Shown here: positions 10,448-20,621 of the stretch, piece by piece | Numbering within the stretch: the stretch's first letter is position 1 | Layout of the letters: each line of letters opens with the position of its first letter | Source of the DNA: a virus | Lineage: Duplodnaviria; Caudoviricetes | Virus record (IMG/VR): IMGVR_UViG_3300032216_001965 | Span: 11,159-75,158 of that record | DNA: 64,000 bases | Strand: one strand, 5' to 3' | The notes under the pieces: model-generated | The model's database searches: none | What the model was told of the DNA's origin: nothing | What the model saw: only the letters and a program-made list of their open reading frames with translations | Position numbers and translations under genes: made by a program

Positions 10448-11095
10448 ATGGCAAATTATACAAGAGGTTCGAACACTAACATTATCGTGGGTGCAGCAGC
10501 ACTTTTTACATATGAAGGTGGACAACTTACAGATGCAGACCTTCCAACATACGAAGTCAATAAGTCATTTAAGGCAAGCCTTACAAATGATTCAGACTAC
10601 CGCAATGTTGGTTACACAACAAATGGTTTGGAACTTGACTTCCAGCCAAATTTTGGTGAGGTTGCAGTCGATCAGGTACTTGACGTTGCTAAACTATACA
10701 AGCAAGGCATGAAAGTTAACCTTAAGACAACATTCGCAGAGGCAACTCTCGAAAATCTTCTTGTTGCATTAGCAGCAAAAGACGCAGACAAGTCTGACCT
10801 AACAGGTACAGGACTTGCAACAGGTTCTATGGAACTTAATCTTTCCGCAGGAGATCTTGGCGAATGCCCAGTTGAGCGTGGTTTGGTAGCAGTTGGTCCA
10901 GGTACAGGTGACTGTGCAGCAGGATCTTCAATTGAACGTATTTATGTTGCATACCGTGCATTATCAATCGATAACGTAACAGTAGCAGCAAAGCGTGATG
11001 CAGTAACAGAGTTTGCTGTCTCATTCCGCCTTCTTCCAAATGATGATGCATCATATGGTAAGATCGTAGATCGTACAATTCCAGCAACAGCATAA
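10448..11095 (+). CDS. Major tail (tube) protein
   Basis: SD GAGGTG before ATG 10448; NIIVGAAALF, VGYTTNGLEL, TTFAEATLENLL motifs; high-expression codon use; terminator follows. Confidence 0.8.
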   Translation: MANYTRGSNTNIIVGAAALFTYEGGQLTDADLPTYEVNKSFKASLTNDSDYRNVGYTTNGLELDFQPNFGEVAVDQVLDVAKLYKQGMKVNLKTTFAEATLENLLVALAAKDADKSDLTGTGLATGSMELNLSAGDLGECPVERGLVAVGPGTGDCAAGSSIERIYVAYRALSIDNVTVAAKRDAVTEFAVSFRLLPNDDASYGKIVDRTIPATA

Positions 11096-11112
11096 TACAA
11101 CTTAATAACATT

Positions 11113-11153
11113 ATTGCCCTTCTCATTAATTTGAGTAGGGCAATTTTGTTTTT
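11113..11153 (+). terminator. Rho-independent terminator after major tail gene
   Basis: ATTGCCCTTCTCA-ttaatt-TGAGTAGGGCAAT then TTTGTTTTT. Confidence 0.8.
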
Positions 11154-11161
11154 GGTATACT
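11153..11161 (+). promoter_or_regulatory. Extended -10 promoter (TGGTATACT), leaderless start at 11168
   Basis: 6 nt upstream of ATG; no SD. Confidence 0.6.
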
Positions 11162-11167
11162 ATATAT

Positions 11168-11848
11168 ATGGCTACTGAAATTTATAAGATTAATTTTATT
11201 TATTTAACTAATGGTGAAGAGTTAGAAATATCTCCATTAAAAATAAAATATTTAAGACGCCTTATGGAAAAATTTGAAAATGTTAAAAATGCTAAAAATG
11301 ATTATGAAACTATTACCGAGTTGTCTATTTGTGCCATGGAGTGTATGAAACAGTTTAAGCCAGAAATAACAACAAGTATTGAAAAGTTTGAAGAGTTTGT
11401 AGATTTAAAAACAATCTATAAACTGCTTGATTTTTGTGCGGGAATTAAAATTGATAAAGACTCACAAGAATCAGTAAAAAAACAAGCAGTAGATAGTGGA
11501 TCATCATGGGATGATTTAGATTTGGCTCAATTAGAATCTGAAGTTTTTCTTCTTGGAATATGGAAAGATTACGATGAACTAGAAAGATCTATTTCTATGC
11601 CAGAACTAACATCTATTTTAAATATTAAAAGAGAAGAGGATTATGCTCATAAAAAATTTCTTGCAGCCATGCAGGGCGTAGACTTAGATGAAGGTAAAAA
11701 ATCTAATGCTTGGGAAGAAATGAAAGCCAGAGTTTTTAGTGGTGGCCAATCATCTGACCCAAACGATATTATTGCACTTCAAGGTCAAAATGCAATAAAT
11801 GCTGGTTTTGGAATTGGTATGGGTTTAAATTATGAAAAAATTGATTAA
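11168..11848 (+). CDS. Tail assembly chaperone, long (G+T-like) form
   Basis: Between major tail and tape measure; N-terminal ~95 aa align by eye with ORF 11899; extra C-terminal ~125 aa. Confidence 0.6.
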   Translation: MATEIYKINFIYLTNGEELEISPLKIKYLRRLMEKFENVKNAKNDYETITELSICAMECMKQFKPEITTSIEKFEEFVDLKTIYKLLDFCAGIKIDKDSQESVKKQAVDSGSSWDDLDLAQLESEVFLLGIWKDYDELERSISMPELTSILNIKREEDYAHKKFLAAMQGVDLDEGKKSNAWEEMKARVFSGGQSSDPNDIIALQGQNAINAGFGIGMGLNYEKID

Positions 11849-11863
11849 AAATAATACCTGCTA

Positions 11864-11872
11864 TGGTATAAT
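11864..11872 (+). promoter_or_regulatory. Extended -10 promoter (TGGTATAAT)
   Basis: Upstream of SD GGAGG of ORF 11899. Confidence 0.55.
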
Positions 11873-11898
11873 TAACTATCAAACTAAATGGAGGAAAA

Positions 11899-12228
11899 AT
11901 GACTGACAATGTAGAAAATACTGTTCAAAAGTTAAGACTTATTGATGGTACAGAGTTTGAAGTAAAACCGCTAAAGATTTCACTATTACGACCATTCATG
12001 AAAAAGTTTACTGGTCTAACAGAGGTAGCGGATGATAATGATAAATCAATGGATCTATTGCTTGATTGTGTTCAAATTGCATTTAAGCAATTTTATCCAG
12101 ACCTTGCAGAAGATAGAGAAAAACTTGAAGAAAGCCTAGACCTTCCAACGGTCTATAAGATCATCGATGCAGCGTCTGGATTCTCACTTTCAGATACAAC
12201 AGCACTCGTTGGTCAAATGTCAAAATAA
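11899..12228 (+). CDS. Tail assembly chaperone, short (G-like) form
   Basis: Directly precedes tape measure; paralog of 11168 N-terminus. Confidence 0.6.
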   Translation: MTDNVENTVQKLRLIDGTEFEVKPLKISLLRPFMKKFTGLTEVADDNDKSMDLLLDCVQIAFKQFYPDLAEDREKLEESLDLPTVYKIIDAASGFSLSDTTALVGQMSK

Positions 12229-12245
12229 AAAAGAGGGTGTAATGA

Positions 12246-15200
12246 TTGTCTGATGTAAACGCTAATATTGGCATTGTCTTCGATACCACAGAGGCTCTTG
12301 TTAGTTTACGTCAATTACAGGCTGGTTTAAGTAGATTTAATCAGTCATTAACTCAGGGCAATATTGCAGCATCAAATGCTCAAAAAGGTCTTAATGATCA
12401 ACTAGTTCAATCAATTAACTCTACTGGTAAATTTGTAGCATCACAAAAAACAGTAGCAACAAGCACAACTGCATTTACATCAGCACTTGAAAAAAATAAA
12501 CTCAGTATGCGTGAGTATTTTAGATATACTGCTGCTGCAGCGACAGCAAATACAAAAGTTTTGAATAATGCTTTTACTGCTGAAAGAGATATTATAAACC
12601 GTGCTCGTAAAGATAGGGTTAAATCACTTCAATCTCAATATGTTCAATTAACCAGTGCCAATGGAGAATTTATAAAAGTTTTACAGGTAGTTCCAAAACA
12701 TCTTGAAATGGTTAATGGCAAGTATACAGATTATGCTACTAGAGTTCAAATGGCTGCACAAAGACAGCAACTTCTTAATCAGTTAATAAAACAAGGCTCA
12801 AACCAACTTTTAAATTTTGGTAAAAATACCCAATGGGCGGGTCGTCAGTTGATGGTTGGTTTAACAATTCCATTAACAATGCTTGGATCTGTTGCAATGA
12901 AAACATTTAAAGATATGGAAACAGCAATAGTCAAATTTCAAAGAGTTTATGGAGATATGACTACAACCAATGATGCAACTAATAAAGCAGTTGAAGATAT
13001 TAAAAAACTTGGTATGGAATTTACTAAATATGGTGTTGCAGTAAAAGATACTATTGAAATGGCTGGTTCGGCTGCAGCGATGGGTCTTACTGGAAATGCA
13101 TTAAACCAACAAATAATTGCAGCAACAAGGCTTGCAGTTCTTGGTCAAGTATCTCAACAAGATGCTTTGCAAACAACTATTTCTTTGCAAAATGCATTTG
13201 GCATATCTTCAGAAGACCTTGGCAAAAAAATTAATTATCTTAACGCAGTAGAAAACCAAACTGTTCTATCTATTGAAGATATGACTACTGCTATTCCAAA
13301 GGCTGCTCCTGTTGTCAAACAACTTGGAGGCAGTGTAGAAGATCTTGCATTCTTTTTAACAGCAATGAAGGAAGGTGGCATTAATGCATCAGAAGGTGCT
13401 AACGCACTTAAGTCTGGACTTTCTGCATTAATCAATCCATCTAAAAAAGCATCAGACTTTCTTGCAAATCTTGGTGTTAATATAAATGGTATTGTTAAAG
13501 CAAATGCAGGGGATTTAAAAGGAACAGTAGTAGGATTTGCAAGAGCATTAGATACACTTGCACCACTAGAAAGATCTCGTGCCATCGAACAATTATTTGG
13601 AAAATTTCAATTTGCTCGTTTATCAACATTATTTCAGAATGTTACAAAAACAGGATCCCAGGCAAGTCGTGCTCTTGATCTTGCTGGAAAATCTACAGAA
13701 GAACTTGCAATTTTATCTGAAAGAGAATTAGGTAAAGTAGAAAATGCAGTTAGCGTAAAGTTTCAAAAATCAATTGAGCAATTAAAACAAGAACTAGTTC
13801 CAGTAGGAAAAGCATTTTTACAAGCACTTACACCAATAGTAAACTTTTTTGGAAAATTATTGGATAAGTTTAATAACTTTAGTGATGGAACAAAAAAAAC
13901 AATTGCTATTGTAGTTGGTGTAGTTGGTGGACTTGCACCAATTGCTCTTATGACTTTTGGTTTGCTTGCTAATGGTATTGCAAACCTTATTAAATTTTTT
14001 GCAATGCTTCGTGGAGGAATGGCTAAACTTAATGGACAAAATTCAGTACTTGGTGGAGGATTTGATTATTTAACACAACAAGAAATTGATAACCTAACAG
14101 AAACAAATGCCCTTCACATGTCTCATAAAAACCTTATTGAAACTTTTAATGTTGAGGTTGGATCTGTAAATGCTTTAGCAACAGCATATGCAAATGCTGG
14201 ATCACAAGCAAGAGCCCTTGCTGCATCAAGTCCAGGACTATTTAATGCATCCCCTGGTGCAAAAGGCGCTGTTTCTAAAATTAAATTTTCTTCGGGTGGA
14301 GTAGTTCCAGGAACTGGAAACTCAGATACTGTTCCTGCAGTTTTGACTCCTGGAGAAGTTGTATTAACAAAGCAAACAGTTAAAGATAACCCAGAGACTG
14401 TTGCAGCATTGCAAAATGGAAATGTTAGAAAATACATGGCTGGCACTGCAGATAATTCAAGAAGCGGTGCAAGTTATCGTGGAGTTCATAATCTTATTAT
14501 GGGAAGATCTGGACTTGACAATGGTCAAACATCTCAATCTCAAGTAGTTTCATCTTCTAAAGATCTACCAGGATTTTTACAAAAAGAATATGACAGAATT
14601 GCTAAATTAAATGAAGCAAACCTTAAGCGTTATGCAGAACTTACTGGTATGGGCACAGAAAAAACAATGGAAGAAATCCGTAATGCAGTCCTTAAAAACT
14701 TTGAAGAACTACTTGCAGAAGTTAAGGCAAAAACTGGAAAACTTACACAAGAAGGATTAAATGAAATAGGAAAGGCCCCAGGAGCCAATGGTGGTCCAAG
14801 TATTATGGGCAAATGGTTTAAAAAGTTTGATGAAGGTCAAGGTGCATCCTTCGCACACGTAGGAGATACTCAAAAAGTTGACATTGGAACAGCAATTGAT
14901 TTAAAAGTTTCTTCAAAGATTCAAAAACAAATGGATATTGTTAAAGCATATTATGCAGAAACTGGCAGACAGGCTCCAGATGTAAGAGTTGCAGATGCTT
15001 TTGGTTTTGATATGAAACAGTCTGTTAATAGAGGTATGGCAAGCACAAATCAAAAGAATTTTGAAAAGAAAAATGGTAAAACTGTTGGTGCTGCATTTGA
15101 AGAAGAGTTTGCAAAAACTGGTGCTCAAAAATGGAAAACCATGACAGATCTTGTTGGCGCAGATTTTGATAAAATACATGGACAGGCAGAAATTTATGAT

Positions 15201-18200
15201 AAAGCATTACTTCAAAAAATTCAAGCATGGAATAAAAAAAACTCAACAAAAAAAATTCCAGATCCATTTACAGATGACGTATTTTTAAGATTAGAAGAAG
15301 AAGTAAGAAAAGATGTAGATTCATTAATACCAGACTTTAAGTCTGTAATACAAACAGCAAAACAAACAATTACTGCACTTAGAACATCTATTAAGCAAGA
15401 AGATCTTATACCAATTAATAAACGTCTTGCAACAGCCGATGCTGGAACCCTAGGTCCAAAAGCAAGTAGTGCAAAATATGGAAATGTTGAAGCAAGAAAT
15501 ACATCAGAAGTTCTTGGAACTATTGAAACTCTTCCAGCAACTGTTGAAAAAAGTTTAACCAAAGCAGAAAAAATAGCACAAACTGCTTCACCTTCAAAAA
15601 GAACTAGAAAACTTGGACAAGATATTGGTGATGGACTTATTGAGGGAATGAAATCTAGAGAAGCAGGAGTCGCATCCCAATCAGATAAACTTGCAAATGC
15701 TGCATCCAATATAGATAAACAAAATTTTGCAAAATATAGAGCATTAAATTCAAATCCAGATATGCGTCAAACACAAAAATCTATAGATAGAAATTATAGA
15801 AAAGTAAATGATAAATTAATTACAACTACAAAAATAAATGATGCAATTGCATTACAAATGAAAAATACAAATAAAAATGTTGCTAAATCTGCTACACAAG
15901 AACAAAAATTAAATGATTTAAGACAAAAAGAAATTATTGCAAAAGAAGAGGCAGTAAGAAATGCACAGGCAGCAGCAGCAGCAGGAAACTATCCAGGAAC
16001 ATCTCAGTCAGACCTTGTTGCTGGAGATATAGGATTTATTGGTCCACTTACACCAGAACAACAAAAAATCAATGATTCAAATCTTAAAGCACAAAGGAAA
16101 CTAGAAATCAAAAAAGCAAGAGGTTTACGCAGAGAAGCAGTTAGTGAGTACTCTGGAAAAGTTGCAGGAGGACTAGGAACTGCTGCAATGGTTGCTGGCA
16201 TGGTAGGAGCACCAGGTGGCGTTACAGCAGCACTAGGGGCAGGATCACTCGTTGCTTCTTTTGCACCAATGCTTGCTGGATTAAGCGGTCCACAAGGTCT
16301 TGCTTTAGGTGTCGCAGCAGCAGCGGGATCAATATGGTTGATGAAGAAAAATTTTGATGCAACTGTTCAAAAACAAGTTGACTATATTAAATCTATATCT
16401 GCTACAACAGATAAAATGAAACAAATTGGTGAGATAACTGGAAAAGTTGGAGCATCAGAACTTTACTCAAGAAAAAGACAAGATGGAAGCGCAGATAGAT
16501 ATACTAAAATATTTGAAAGAGGAAAGAGTCAATTTGGAACAGATTTTTTTCAGTCAAATATTGGAAAATCTATAAAAGATTCTTTTGTTAAAGATCTTGC
16601 ATCTGGCGGTGAAGAAGCATCAAAGAAGTTAGCATTGCAGTTATCAGCATACATATCTGATGGAATTTTAACATCAGAACAAGCATATAGTGTTGCAAGG
16701 CAAATTGGCTTAGATCTTGGCAATATGACAATTGGAACAAAAGTTCAAGGTGAAATAACAAACCTTGTTGGTCCTGATGGACAAAATCTTTTAAAAGATC
16801 CGCTATCTATTAGAATTAAATTAATTGATACACAAAATTCTATTACAAATTCTATTACAACTGCTGCAGAAAATTCAACAAGAACTGGTATATCTGGAAA
16901 TAAAAGTATTGAATCTTTTGCAGCAGCGTCTGCACTTCAATCACAAAACTTAACTATTATTCAAGCACAAAGAGATGCACAAAAGAAACTTTATGATGAT
17001 CAAATTAATCAACTTGAGGCACAAAAATTAACAACAACAGATAAAGCAAAGCAGTTAGTTATTGATGGAAAAATAAAAGATTTAAAGGCAAAACAGTTAT
17101 CTGATGATGCAAAATTAAATGCGCTTGCTTCAAAAAGTTTAAAACAAACATCAGATTTATTTGATAAATCTTTAAAGGGCAAACTACCTGGTCAAATAGG
17201 GATGAATAAAAATGCAGTTATTTCTGCATCAAGAGATGCTGTTTCTGCTAAATATACAGGAGATGCAGCACCTCTTGCAAAAGCATTTCTTTCACAAACT
17301 AAAAGTCTTAAATCAGAAAAAATAGAAGTATTGTTGAACACAATTGTTGCTGGTGGTCAACTAGATCCAGTATCTGCAACAAACTTATTAAATATTTTTG
17401 GTAAAGATGAACAAGGAATGTATAGAGAAATAACAACAGCATTTAAAACAAAAGACCCAGGAGATATTCAACAACTGCTAACAATTCTTTCTAATTTTGA
17501 CTCTAAAACTGCAAAAGATCTTTTTATAAATATTACATCCAAAGATAATGCTGCTAATTTTGTTAATGATATGAACACCCTTAACTCTTTAATGCAACTT
17601 GATGGCAAAGAGTTAAACATTGGTGTATTTCTTAAAACAAAAGGAAACTTAGAAAAACTAAGTGCTCTTCTTGATTCTGTAGATAAAAAAATTGGAACTG
17701 CTCCAGTTACATTAACTGTTATACAGGATATAATTAAAGCAAATCCAGATATGCCAGATATAACAGCATTAATTAATGATTGGGATAAGTGGAAAGATAA
17801 AGATCCAAAAATTCAAAAGAGTGTTGTTCTTACATATATAGAACTTTATAAAACAATCGGAAAATCAGAAATTGCACAGTACAGAAAAAATAAATCTATA
17901 CCATCAGTAGTAACCGACTCTGCCGTTACTGGAATGATTGCAAATGATCTATTGCCAAACAAAGTTCCAACATCAATTCCAACAGCAACACCAGGACCTG
18001 TACAAGGTAATAATCAAACTGGACCTACCCCACTAGATTTCCTTGACTCACTTGCAATGAGAATTAAAAATGTTCGTGATGGAGCATTTGATGCAACTAC
18101 TCCACTCAAATCTATGATTGCAGCATTTAGTGGAAAAGAAGCACAAAAAGATGTTTCAAAGATGTTTACATTGTTTGATGGTTTGCAACAAAGAATGATT

Positions 18201-20621
18201 AAACTTGGTGTTCCAAAAGAGTTTAGAGATATGATTTCTGGAATGAATGCAGATGATTTTAAAAAGTTTGCCTCATTACCAAAGGGTAAAAATATGTTTA
18301 CCTATGAAAAAGGTAAAGAAAAAACAAAAGCAAATATAACTGGATTAACTAAAGAAGGCCAAGCGGTAATGCAAACATACCGTGAAGCCGTAATTGGTGA
18401 ATTTAATGTTGCACAAAAAGAAATTATTGAAACAACTAATAATCAAGATAAGGCATTTAAACTTTTAATTGCTTCTGGAATGAGTGCATCAGATGCATTA
18501 AAGACTGTTGAAGATTCTGCAGTAGCAGCAGGTATTGCATCAGGAGCAGTAGGAAAACAAGGATCTGCAGAAATGAAAAAGTTTATTGCAGATACTCAGG
18601 CAGCAGCCGATGCCACATCTAGACTGAATGCACTGACAAAAGCAAGAAAATCAAACTCAGATTTTGCTATTTCAAAAAATGCTCCAGAATTAGCAAAGTC
18701 TATGAAAGAAGCAGGATATAGTGCAGATCAAATTAATGAAGCACTGTCAGATCCAGATATTGCTAAATATTTAATTGAAGATCTTAAAGATGGAAAAATT
18801 CAAGCAGGAGATATAAAAGATTATATTGATTCAATTGCAGAAAAAAAATCAATTGATATTCGTGTAAAACTTGCAATGGGAGATTTTGCAGGGGCTGCAG
18901 AACAAGGCAGACAACTAGTAAATGAAATGTTCTCTGTACAAGAGGCATTGATTAAGAATGGACCACTTGGACAACAACTAAATGCAAACAATTCAAAAAT
19001 TGCAGATTATCAAGCACAACTTCTTCCATTCCAAAAACAAATTGCTGATATTAATCAATCAATAGCAGATGCACAAAGAAGCATTGAGATTGCATATACA
19101 AGACCAATAGAGGCCCTTAACACTCAAGTAGAATCATTAAATAGACAACTTGAAACAAGTCCAATATTTGGCAACCGTGCAATGCAGGCAATTCAAGATC
19201 AAAATACAGTTTATGGAAATGATCTTGCTGTTATTTCTCATCAAGCAGATGCTATTAATAAATCTTATGACGAACAAGTTAAAAACCTTAATGAGGTAAA
19301 GGCTGTTAATGATCAGATAATTGCTCAACAGGGAAGACAACTTGGACTTGCTGATGCGTTAACTCAGGGTGATATTGCAGCAGCAGCAAAGGCTGCACAA
19401 GAAATGAGACAGGCTAATGCTGATCAATATGCTACATCACAAATGGGTGCCCTTGAGCAATCACGACAAAATGCTTTAGGAGTACTGAAGGGTCCACAGT
19501 CTGGCTTGACAGAAATACAAATTCAAGAACAACAATATCAAAATTCTCAAAAACTTTATGCAATGGAAAATGATCCAACAAGACTTAAAATTGTTGCAGA
19601 TATTAAGGCAAAGCAAGATGAAATTTACAACTTGCAACAACTTCAAAATGCTGAACTTGCAAAAATTAAAACTCAAGAAGATGAAATTTATAATATTGAA
19701 AATACAAAAATTCGTCCAATTCAAACAAATATAGATGCATTGACATATCAAAATACTATTCTTCAAAATCAAATAGATAAGCAAGTTGCTTCATTAACAG
19801 TTTTAGGAAAAACTCGTGAAGAATGGGATTTAACATTTGCAAAGATTGATGCATCTGCTCTTGCATCAAAAAACTTAGATTCTGCTTTTGGTGCACTTCT
19901 AGCATCTGCATCAGCGATTGACAGTATGTGGTCAAGCATCTTATCTAAGATACAATCTTATGCAGCAGGAATTCCATCAAGTGTTATAACAGAACAAAAA
20001 AGTTTTACAGAATCAGTTCCTAAAACAGATGCAGATGCAAAGGCTGCTGCAGATGCAAAGGCTGCTGCAGATGCAAAGGCTGCTGCAGATGCAAAGGCTG
20101 CTGCAGATGCAAAGGCTGCTGCAGATGCAAAGGCAAAAGAAGATGCTTATCTTTCATCTCTTGCATCTCAGGGAGCAGGAGCATCTGGAGGATTCTCTTC
20201 AGTAGTTGCAGCAGCAATGTCCAAGGCAGCCCAAGCAGACAAGATAGCAACTTCTGGTTCTTGGAATGCAAGTTTAGCACTTGCAGATGCTGCAATGTTT
20301 GTTGGTGGAAGAAAAGGTGGTTTTGCTACTGGAGGACTAGTTCCTAAATATTTTGCTGTTGGCGGGTATGCAAGAGGAACTGATACAGTACCAGCAATGC
20401 TAACACCAGGAGAATTTGTTATGAGCAAGTATGCTGTTGATAATTATGGCACGGGAACTATGAAGGCCATGAATAATGGCTTACAACAACTTGGATCAGT
20501 GTATAATTATGAATTGACGGTAAATGTTAAATCTGATGCCAATGCAAATGATATTGCAAATACAGTAATGACTAAGATTAAACAGGTTGATTCTATGAGG
20601 ATAAGAGGTAATAAATTATAA
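12246..20621 (+). CDS. Tape measure protein (2791 aa)
   Basis: TTG start after SD GAGGGTG; TP901-type N-terminal region (AAAMGLTG, SLQNAFGISSEDL, NAVENQT, GANALKS); Ala/Gly-rich helical; C-terminal GG..GTDTVPAMLTPGEFV motif. Confidence 0.92.
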   Translation: MSDVNANIGIVFDTTEALVSLRQLQAGLSRFNQSLTQGNIAASNAQKGLNDQLVQSINSTGKFVASQKTVATSTTAFTSALEKNKLSMREYFRYTAAAATANTKVLNNAFTAERDIINRARKDRVKSLQSQYVQLTSANGEFIKVLQVVPKHLEMVNGKYTDYATRVQMAAQRQQLLNQLIKQGSNQLLNFGKNTQWAGRQLMVGLTIPLTMLGSVAMKTFKDMETAIVKFQRVYGDMTTTNDATNKAVEDIKKLGMEFTKYGVAVKDTIEMAGSAAAMGLTGNALNQQIIAATRLAVLGQVSQQDALQTTISLQNAFGISSEDLGKKINYLNAVENQTVLSIEDMTTAIPKAAPVVKQLGGSVEDLAFFLTAMKEGGINASEGANALKSGLSALINPSKKASDFLANLGVNINGIVKANAGDLKGTVVGFARALDTLAPLERSRAIEQLFGKFQFARLSTLFQNVTKTGSQASRALDLAGKSTEELAILSERELGKVENAVSVKFQKSIEQLKQELVPVGKAFLQALTPIVNFFGKLLDKFNNFSDGTKKTIAIVVGVVGGLAPIALMTFGLLANGIANLIKFFAMLRGGMAKLNGQNSVLGGGFDYLTQQEIDNLTETNALHMSHKNLIETFNVEVGSVNALATAYANAGSQARALAASSPGLFNASPGAKGAVSKIKFSSGGVVPGTGNSDTVPAVLTPGEVVLTKQTVKDNPETVAALQNGNVRKYMAGTADNSRSGASYRGVHNLIMGRSGLDNGQTSQSQVVSSSKDLPGFLQKEYDRIAKLNEANLKRYAELTGMGTEKTMEEIRNAVLKNFEELLAEVKAKTGKLTQEGLNEIGKAPGANGGPSIMGKWFKKFDEGQGASFAHVGDTQKVDIGTAIDLKVSSKIQKQMDIVKAYYAETGRQAPDVRVADAFGFDMKQSVNRGMASTNQKNFEKKNGKTVGAAFEEEFAKTGAQKWKTMTDLVGADFDKIHGQAEIYDKALLQKIQAWNKKNSTKKIPDPFTDDVFLRLEEEVRKDVDSLIPDFKSVIQTAKQTITALRTSIKQEDLIPINKRLATADAGTLGPKASSAKYGNVEARNTSEVLGTIETLPATVEKSLTKAEKIAQTASPSKRTRKLGQDIGDGLIEGMKSREAGVASQSDKLANAASNIDKQNFAKYRALNSNPDMRQTQKSIDRNYRKVNDKLITTTKINDAIALQMKNTNKNVAKSATQEQKLNDLRQKEIIAKEEAVRNAQAAAAAGNYPGTSQSDLVAGDIGFIGPLTPEQQKINDSNLKAQRKLEIKKARGLRREAVSEYSGKVAGGLGTAAMVAGMVGAPGGVTAALGAGSLVASFAPMLAGLSGPQGLALGVAAAAGSIWLMKKNFDATVQKQVDYIKSISATTDKMKQIGEITGKVGASELYSRKRQDGSADRYTKIFERGKSQFGTDFFQSNIGKSIKDSFVKDLASGGEEASKKLALQLSAYISDGILTSEQAYSVARQIGLDLGNMTIGTKVQGEITNLVGPDGQNLLKDPLSIRIKLIDTQNSITNSITTAAENSTRTGISGNKSIESFAAASALQSQNLTIIQAQRDAQKKLYDDQINQLEAQKLTTTDKAKQLVIDGKIKDLKAKQLSDDAKLNALASKSLKQTSDLFDKSLKGKLPGQIGMNKNAVISASRDAVSAKYTGDAAPLAKAFLSQTKSLKSEKIEVLLNTIVAGGQLDPVSATNLLNIFGKDEQGMYREITTAFKTKDPGDIQQLLTILSNFDSKTAKDLFINITSKDNAANFVNDMNTLNSLMQLDGKELNIGVFLKTKGNLEKLSALLDSVDKKIGTAPVTLTVIQDIIKANPDMPDITALINDWDKWKDKDPKIQKSVVLTYIELYKTIGKSEIAQYRKNKSIPSVVTDSAVTGMIANDLLPNKVPTSIPTATPGPVQGNNQTGPTPLDFLDSLAMRIKNVRDGAFDATTPLKSMIAAFSGKEAQKDVSKMFTLFDGLQQRMIKLGVPKEFRDMISGMNADDFKKFASLPKGKNMFTYEKGKEKTKANITGLTKEGQAVMQTYREAVIGEFNVAQKEIIETTNNQDKAFKLLIASGMSASDALKTVEDSAVAAGIASGAVGKQGSAEMKKFIADTQAAADATSRLNALTKARKSNSDFAISKNAPELAKSMKEAGYSADQINEALSDPDIAKYLIEDLKDGKIQAGDIKDYIDSIAEKKSIDIRVKLAMGDFAGAAEQGRQLVNEMFSVQEALIKNGPLGQQLNANNSKIADYQAQLLPFQKQIADINQSIADAQRSIEIAYTRPIEALNTQVESLNRQLETSPIFGNRAMQAIQDQNTVYGNDLAVISHQADAINKSYDEQVKNLNEVKAVNDQIIAQQGRQLGLADALTQGDIAAAAKAAQEMRQANADQYATSQMGALEQSRQNALGVLKGPQSGLTEIQIQEQQYQNSQKLYAMENDPTRLKIVADIKAKQDEIYNLQQLQNAELAKIKTQEDEIYNIENTKIRPIQTNIDALTYQNTILQNQIDKQVASLTVLGKTREEWDLTFAKIDASALASKNLDSAFGALLASASAIDSMWSSILSKIQSYAAGIPSSVITEQKSFTESVPKTDADAKAAADAKAAADAKAAADAKAAADAKAAADAKAKEDAYLSSLASQGAGASGGFSSVVAAAMSKAAQADKIATSGSWNASLALADAAMFVGGRKGGFATGGLVPKYFAVGGYARGTDTVPAMLTPGEFVMSKYAVDNYGTGTMKAMNNGLQQLGSVYNYELTVNVKSDANANDIANTVMTKIKQVDSMRIRGNKL
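20031..20134 (+). repeat. 18-bp perfect tandem repeat (GCAGATGCAAAGGCTGCT) x5 plus partial, encoding ADAKAA
   Basis: Read directly from sequence. Confidence 0.95.

Noticed and set aside
11400-11900. Programmed -1 frameshift in the tail chaperone
   Set aside because: The long form is already one open frame; no downstream overlapping ORF needs a shift
16836-16861. 12-bp duplication (AATTCTATTACA) in the tape measure
   Set aside because: Two copies only; ordinary slippage
20031-20134. Repeat array as a possible CRISPR or mini-array
   Set aside because: Head-to-tail units without spacers, in-frame in a protein
13235-20428. Many minus-strand ORFs (60-160 aa) inside the tape measure; similar ones at 43165-43803 and 45223-45648
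   Set aside because: Antisense shadows of Ala/Pro-rich coding sequence; no motifs or SD
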